Assembly: GCA_028866155.1 (NCBI GenBank)
Contig: JAGWIT010000002.1
Span: forward strand, 1 to 43,985
Source of the DNA: Patescibacteria group bacterium
GTDB taxonomy: Bacteria > Patescibacteriota > Minisyncoccia > Phycocordibacterales > SBAW01
Length of the DNA stretch: 43,985 nt
Direction of reading: 5' to 3'
Shown: one piece after another, positions 39,234-43,985 of the stretch
Position numbering within the stretch: position 1 is the first letter of the stretch
Layout of the letters: every line of letters starts with the position of its first letter
Program-made: the position numbers and the translations under genes
The notes under the pieces: generated by a model
Told to the model about the DNA's origin: nothing
The model's database searches: none
The model's input: the letters and a program-made list of their open reading frames with translations, nothing else

Positions 39234-40112
39234 ATGGTTCTTTCGGTGGAGCTCATCGTTTTTATCGTTCGGCTGGTGCAGATGCTGGGCATCGCGCTTG
39301 GCATCGGAGCCCAAACCGTGATGCTGGTTGCCTATCTGCAGGCGATACGCGACGGGATAATCGACAATGCCGAGGCACAGTTTGCGCGCGCGGCGCGCTC
39401 GGTGCTCAAATTCGGCTTCATTCTTATTATTTTTTCAGGAGCCGCAAGCGTCCTGTTGGATATCATGCAAAAGAATACCCTCGTATTTTTTGAGCCGGCA
39501 TATCTTTTTAAATGGGGATTGATAGGAGTCGTTCTGCTCCTTAGTTTTGTGCCGGTACAAAAACGCATGGCAGAGGGCATAGCCGAAGGTGTCGCTGGCG
39601 GCTCATGGTACATACTTTTCTTTGTGCATATTCTTGCGCCCGTCACAACGTGGTCAAACCTCCTCACGCTCTACGGCGTCTGGCTTGTCGGGTTCATGCT
39701 TTGCTGGTGGGCGCTCGTGCTGCTGTTTGGGGGCAAAAAGCCCGAAGTTCAAAAGAAAATAAACACCATCGCAACAACCCTGCCGCCAAAATTTGCCGCA
39801 CCCGGGCAGGCAAAACCGGCGCTCCCAAATATGTCGCCGCCCAAGCCCGCGGCGGTTGTCGTGTCTGTCCCGCCGCCGCCAATCACAAAACCGGTGTCTC
39901 CCTTGATAGCACAGCCAGTTCCTTCGCCTGCGCCGGTGACTCCACCCGCTCTGCCGGCAGTTGCCGTAGTGCAGCCCGTGGCCGAAAAAAAGGTTGACGC
40001 AAAGATAATCGACCCCGACAAAGACCCGGGCCTGCCGGCTATCCGCGTGATGCCGAAGACCAAACAGGATCTCGACACGCAAAATCGCGCTAGTGTCGTC
40101 AAATTTGAATAA
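39234..40112 (+). CDS. Hypothetical multi-pass membrane protein with a Pro-rich C-terminal tail
   Basis: The start is trimmed to the ATG at 39234, after the terminator. The protein has about six hydrophobic helices followed by a P/A/V-rich low-complexity region. Confidence 0.65.
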   Translation: MVLSVELIVFIVRLVQMLGIALGIGAQTVMLVAYLQAIRDGIIDNAEAQFARAARSVLKFGFILIIFSGAASVLLDIMQKNTLVFFEPAYLFKWGLIGVVLLLSFVPVQKRMAEGIAEGVAGGSWYILFFVHILAPVTTWSNLLTLYGVWLVGFMLCWWALVLLFGGKKPEVQKKINTIATTLPPKFAAPGQAKPALPNMSPPKPAAVVVSVPPPPITKPVSPLIAQPVPSPAPVTPPALPAVAVVQPVAEKKVDAKIIDPDKDPGLPAIRVMPKTKQDLDTQNRASVVKFE

Positions 40113-40114
40113 TC

Positions 40115-40729
40115 ATGGGTCTCTTCAGCGAACACAAAAAAAAGAAGATAACGATTTTGCTCGGCCACCCGGACAAGAACACTTTGTCGGGCGAGTTGGC
40201 TTTGATTTATGAAGCTGCCGCTGCAAAAGCCGGCCATGAAGTGCGGCGGACAAACATCGGCGATATGCAGTTTGACCCCATTCTCCATCATGGATATAAA
40301 ACAATCCAAGCGCTTGAGCCCAGTCTCAAAAAACTGCAGGAAGATATAACCTGGTGCGATCATTTCGTCGTCATCTACCCCAACTGGTGGTCGACGATGC
40401 CGGCGCTCCTCAAGGGGCTCTTCGACCGCATGTGGCTGCCGGGATTTTGCTTTGGATTTTATAAAACCGGGATTGCAAATCATTTTCATTTGTGGAAGCG
40501 TTATATGAAAGGGAAGACTGCGCGGGTCTTCGTACTGTCGGGCACGCAGCCGTTTTTAATCTGGCTCTTTTTCGGCGACTATACCAACGAAATCGGGAGA
40601 GGCATTTTATGGTTCGTTGGGTTCAAGGTCCGCATCTCGCGCTTTGGGCCCACCGATCACAACCCGCCCGAGTGGCTCAAAAATCACTGGAAGAGAAAGG
40701 TCGAGAGATTGGGAAAATTGGCTGAATAG
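40115..40729 (+). CDS. NAD(P)H-dependent oxidoreductase, flavodoxin-like fold (Flavodoxin_2 / quinone reductase family)
   Basis: 204 aa with KITILLGHP...TLSG and HFVVIYPNWWSTMPALLKGLFDR, characteristic of this family. Confidence 0.8.
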   Translation: MGLFSEHKKKKITILLGHPDKNTLSGELALIYEAAAAKAGHEVRRTNIGDMQFDPILHHGYKTIQALEPSLKKLQEDITWCDHFVVIYPNWWSTMPALLKGLFDRMWLPGFCFGFYKTGIANHFHLWKRYMKGKTARVFVLSGTQPFLIWLFFGDYTNEIGRGILWFVGFKVRISRFGPTDHNPPEWLKNHWKRKVERLGKLAE

Positions 40730-40745
40730 GATATAGTCATTGCTC

Positions 40746-41729
40746 ATGGGTTTATCAGTTGGCATTGTGGGGCTCCCCAATGTGGGGAAGTCGACTTTAT
40801 TCAACGCTCTAACCAAAAAGAGCGTTTTGATTGCCAACTACCCCTTTGCCACCATCGACCCCTCGGTCGGGGTGGTCGCCGTGCCCGACGAGCGCGTGGA
40901 CAAGCTCGCCGAATTTTCGAAGTCCGAAAAAAAAGTGCCGGCCGCAATTGAGTTCGTCGACATTGCAGGATTGGTCAGAGGCGCCAGCGAAGGCGAGGGT
41001 TTGGGCAACCAGTTTCTCTCGCATATCCGCGAGGTGGATGCCATCGCGCACGTGGTGCGTATCTTTGACAACCCGAACATCACGAGCACGCAGGATGAGA
41101 TAGATCCTCTGCACGATATTGAGCTTATCAACACCGAGCTGGAGCTCGCCGATATGCAGCAAGAAGAAAAGCGGCAGGACAAGAAGGGCAAAGAACTCCC
41201 GCAGCTTAACAAGCTTTCGCAAAAGCCGGTTTTGTATGTATTGAACAAAGAGGCGGGCGGGCACAATCTCGACGAAAACCCCTCGGACCCGCGCTGGCAG
41301 AGGCTCATGAACTATTTTGAAAAGACGAATGCAAGGTATGTAGTGGTCGATGCTAACGTCGAGAACGAATTAAAAGAGCTCCATACCGAAGACAAGGTTT
41401 CCTTTCGCCGGGAATATGCGATTTTTGACGACGGCGTCAATAGTTTGATCAAAGCGGGTTATGACTTGTTAGGCCTTATCAGTTTTTTTACCACCGGTAC
41501 TGACGAAACCCGCGCGTGGACGATAAAAAACGGCTCAACCGCGCCCGAGGCGGGCGCGGCGATACACACCGACTTTAAAGACAAGTTCATCCGCGCCGAG
41601 GTTATCAACTGGCAAAAGCTCATCGAAGCGGGTTCGTATGCAAAAGCGCGAGAGCTCGGGTTGATCCGCACCGAAGGCAAAGAGTACATAGTGAAGGATG
41701 GAGATGTGATAGAATTTTTGCATTCATAA
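40746..41729 (+). CDS. ychF: Redox-regulated ATPase YchF
   Basis: The G1 motif GIVGLPNVGKSTLFNALT, then DIAGLVRGASEGEGLGNQFL and a C-terminal TGS-like block (FIRAEV...GK.Y.V.DGDVI.F). I prefer the ATG at 40746 to the TTG at 40740. Confidence 0.9.
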   Translation: MGLSVGIVGLPNVGKSTLFNALTKKSVLIANYPFATIDPSVGVVAVPDERVDKLAEFSKSEKKVPAAIEFVDIAGLVRGASEGEGLGNQFLSHIREVDAIAHVVRIFDNPNITSTQDEIDPLHDIELINTELELADMQQEEKRQDKKGKELPQLNKLSQKPVLYVLNKEAGGHNLDENPSDPRWQRLMNYFEKTNARYVVVDANVENELKELHTEDKVSFRREYAIFDDGVNSLIKAGYDLLGLISFFTTGTDETRAWTIKNGSTAPEAGAAIHTDFKDKFIRAEVINWQKLIEAGSYAKARELGLIRTEGKEYIVKDGDVIEFLHS

Positions 41730-41759
41730 AAAGAAAACCCGCGCATTTTCAGCGCGGGT
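41728..41759 (-). terminator. Intrinsic terminator for the aspartate kinase gene; it may also stop ychF
   Basis: The stem acccgcgc / gcgcgggt. Read on the minus strand, it is followed by tttcttttt. Confidence 0.6.
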
Positions 41760-41761
41760 CG

Positions 41762-43021
41762 TTATGCGAACGCCTTGTAGATCGCTCGAACAGCTTTTTC
41801 GTAGTCGTTATTCTCAACGCCGACGATGATGCTGACCTCGCTTGAGCCCTGGTCTATCATGTGAATGTTGACCCCGGCTTTGGCGAGCGCTCCTGCAAGC
41901 TTTGCAAGCACGCCCGGTTTGTGCGCCATGGATTGGCCGACAACGCACACGAGCGCAAGGCCCCGCTCGATTTCAAGCAAGTCGGGCCGGCAGGCGGCGC
42001 GGATATCTTGCTCGAGAAAGGAAAGTTTTCCCTCAAGCTCTCGCTCGTCGACAACCAGGCTGAGGCTGTCGATACTGCTCGGCATATGTTCGAAGCGTAC
42101 GCAGTGCTTTTTAAGCACGTCGAGCAATTTCCATACGAAGCCGACTTCGGCATTCATGCCCGCTTTTTCGAGTGCGATGACCGAAAAGTTATTTCGGCCG
42201 GCAATCCCGGTTATTGCGGTCGAGGTCGATTCCTCAAGCTGTTCATCCGCAACTATCCAGGTGCCGGCATCGGCGGGGTCGTTGGTGTTGCGCACATTGA
42301 TGGGTATCTCGGCTTTGCGGACAGGATACACCGCCTCGTCGTGCAAGACGTGTGCGCCCGCGTAAGCGAGTTCGCGCATCTCGCGATAGGTCATCGTTTT
42401 GATCCTTCGCGGATTTTCGACAACGCCGGGATCCGCCATGAGCACTCCCGAAACATCGGTCCAATTTTCATAGATCGATGCTTTCAGAATAGCTGCGAGG
42501 ATAGACCCCGTAATGTCCGAGCCGCCGCGAGAAAATATTTTGACCGAGCCGTCCGGTAGTGCGCCGTAGAAGCCCGGTACGACTATCCCTCGTTTTGCCA
42601 AGTCTCGGAACTGTTCGCAGGACACCTTGGTTGCCGGCATATCAAGGATGCCACCTGTTTTGAAGCGGACAAGCAAAGACGCGCCGACAAAAGTATAATC
42701 GAGAGCCTTTGCCAGTATTTTGCCCATATAGTATTCGCCGCTGCTGACGAGCAAGTCGCCGCTCATTTGGCAGAGATCGGAAGTGTCGACATCTATGCCG
42801 AGAGCGGTTGCTATTTGCGCAAAACGCTCTCGTGCAAGCATTACTTGATTCGCGATGAGTAGATCTGTCATTTTGCTATCACCGGCAAATCGTTTGCCCG
42901 GCGCCGAGACCACAACCACTTTGCGCCGTGGGTCGCCTTTGACGATGTCGATAACTTTCCTCACCTGAGCAGCATCCGCAAGGGAACTACCGCCAAACTT
43001 TGCGACAATGAGGTTGTCCAT
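41762..43021 (-). CDS. Aspartate kinase (monofunctional class, with C-terminal ACT domains)
   Basis: The start is set at the ATG at 43021, which is preceded by AAGGAGGAAGCA. The protein contains MDNLIVAKFGGSSL, SRGGSD and SSEVSISVV-type ACT blocks (GSSEVSIIVGV). Confidence 0.9.
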   Translation of the reverse strand: MDNLIVAKFGGSSLADAAQVRKVIDIVKGDPRRKVVVVSAPGKRFAGDSKMTDLLIANQVMLARERFAQIATALGIDVDTSDLCQMSGDLLVSSGEYYMGKILAKALDYTFVGASLLVRFKTGGILDMPATKVSCEQFRDLAKRGIVVPGFYGALPDGSVKIFSRGGSDITGSILAAILKASIYENWTDVSGVLMADPGVVENPRRIKTMTYREMRELAYAGAHVLHDEAVYPVRKAEIPINVRNTNDPADAGTWIVADEQLEESTSTAITGIAGRNNFSVIALEKAGMNAEVGFVWKLLDVLKKHCVRFEHMPSSIDSLSLVVDERELEGKLSFLEQDIRAACRPDLLEIERGLALVCVVGQSMAHKPGVLAKLAGALAKAGVNIHMIDQGSSEVSIIVGVENNDYEKAVRAIYKAFA

Positions 43022-43102
43022 TGCTTCCTCCTTGTGATGGGACAAGTCTTGCCGCACCTTAGCAAAATTTGACACGCCCGGCAATGTGATACTATTTAGT
43101 GT

Positions 43103-43985
43103 ATGGACAAGCCAAAGGCAACGCCGAAGGATTTCTTTTTGTGGGCGGGGGCGATGATCGCGCTCTATGTCGCAGTATTCAACTTTATCGCGCTTGTATG
43201 GGACTACATAAACTATGCCTTCCCAAACCCACTCAGCTACTATCCGGCCGACCCCTACCAAAGCGGCATCAGCTGGGAGATGGCGACGCTCATCGTGCTC
43301 ACGCCGCTTTTTTTGGCGCTGATGTATTTTATCCACAAAGACATTAAAAATGATCCGAGCCGCGCCGATATTTGGGTGCGCCGCTGGGCGCTGTACCTCA
43401 CGCTGTTTGTCGCGGGCTTTACGATGGCCGCCGACCTCATCTATGTGCTCTATGCCTTCCTCAACGGCACCGATATCACGACGGAGTTTTTGCTCAAGGC
43501 GCTGATTGTGCTTCTCGTTGCGGCGGCGGGCTTCATGCACTTTATCGCCGACCTCTGGGGGTATTGGGGGAAATATCCGATGCGCAACCGCTATGTCTCC
43601 ATCGGCGTCGGGGTGCTGGTGCTGTGCACGATTATCGCGGGATTCTTTATCGTCGGGACGCCGATGCAGGCGCGCCTGTATCACTTCGACGAACAGAAGG
43701 TCAACGATCTCCAGCAAATACAATCGCAGGTAACCTACTACTATCAAGCCAAGCAAAAATTGCCCGCGAGCCTCGGCGACCTCACCAACTCAATTTCGGG
43801 ATTCGTGGCACCCCAAGACGAGCAAACCGGCCAGGCGTACGTCTACAAAACGACCGCAACGCTCTCGTTTGAGCTGTGCGCGACCTTCAACACGCCGACC
43901 CGGCCGGGGCAATCTCAAGCAACGGTGCCCGAGCCGGCGGGCCTCGGGCCTTCGGGCAGGGGATTCGACAACTGGCAGCACGGCG
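43103..43985 (+). CDS. Hypothetical multi-pass membrane protein; the 3' end lies outside the window
   Basis: Not in the ORF track because it has no stop inside the window. My own translation from the ATG at 43103 stays open for 294 codons (MDKPKATPKDFFLWAGAMIALYVAVFNF...). It has several hydrophobic helices followed by a soluble C-terminal part. Confidence 0.65.
   Translation, partial: MDKPKATPKDFFLWAGAMIALYVAVFNFIALVWDYINYAFPNPLSYYPADPYQSGISWEMATLIVLTPLFLALMYFIHKDIKNDPSRADIWVRRWALYLTLFVAGFTMAADLIYVLYAFLNGTDITTEFLLKALIVLLVAAAGFMHFIADLWGYWGKYPMRNRYVSIGVGVLVLCTIIAGFFIVGTPMQARLYHFDEQKVNDLQQIQSQVTYYYQAKQKLPASLGDLTNSISGFVAPQDEQTGQAYVYKTTATLSFELCATFNTPTRPGQSQATVPEPAGLGPSGRGFDNWQHG

Noticed and set aside
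41762-43756. A 664-aa minus-strand ORF in the track, suggesting a giant aspartate kinase fusion.
   Set aside because: Only the C-terminal 419 aa, from MDNLIVAKFGGSS at 43021 with a strong AAGGAGG Shine-Dalgarno sequence, are aspartate kinase. The N-terminal 245 aa are Arg/His-rich nonsense, antisense to a well-behaved plus-strand membrane protein gene (43103 to the window end) that the track omits because it has no stop inside the window.

Overview
This is a bacterial chromosomal window that is mostly housekeeping, with compact, tightly packed operons. I think it comes from a small-genome, CPR/Patescibacteria-like organism, but that is inference only.

**Gene content**
- A P-type ATPase fragment, a FAD oxidoreductase, an MBL hydrolase and ApbE.
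- An ABC-2 exporter pair.
- An ECF sigma factor followed by membrane proteins and a MacA/MacB-like efflux operon.
- rarA, msrA, a VKOR-family protein, a CAP-domain protein, a C39-like peptidase and an FKBP isomerase.
- tgt and uvrB/uvrA/uvrC.
- An aminotransferase, ddl and a pterin dehydratase.
- Five tRNAs: Ala-UGC, Val-CAC, Pro-CGG, Ala-CGC and Ala-GGC.
- A complete F-type ATP synthase operon (atpBEF-H-AGDC).
- A flavodoxin-like oxidoreductase, ychF, aspartate kinase and a 3'-open membrane protein gene.
- I found no rRNA, no CRISPR array and no transposase or integrase gene.

**Main finding**
The most interesting signal is not a gene. It is a set of short hairpin-forming repeat elements, several of them inserted in frame inside conserved housekeeping genes (tgt, uvrC, uvrB, atpG, rarA). 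Others sit at gene ends (after msrA, and at the VKOR 3' end).

Two families share an unusual architecture. A core of about 34-36 nt is conserved between copies (32/36 and 32/34 identical by hand alignment). It is closed by long inverted-repeat arms of 14-21 bp, perfect at the tgt and uvrC loci and near-perfect elsewhere, that are completely unrelated between copies. The coding-region insertions measure 72, 72, 69 and 45 nt, and 42 nt for rarA (14 codons; its inverted repeat spans 43 nt). All are multiples of 3 and contain no stop codon.

**Secondary observations**
- A lower-GC islet lies among the tRNA genes. It carries orphan ORFs, a G9 tract and an AdoMetDC-like ORF.
- A sharply AT-rich 270-nt patch sits inside atpG.
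- The tRNA-Pro gene is embedded in a 17-bp leader/trailer helix and has a duplicated 5' fragment upstream.
- A cluster of six stem-loops follows the FAD oxidoreductase.
- The ATP synthase delta and epsilon subunits are truncated.
- UvrC lacks its (HhH)2 domain.
- Several long ORFs in the track are antisense or chimeric artefacts.
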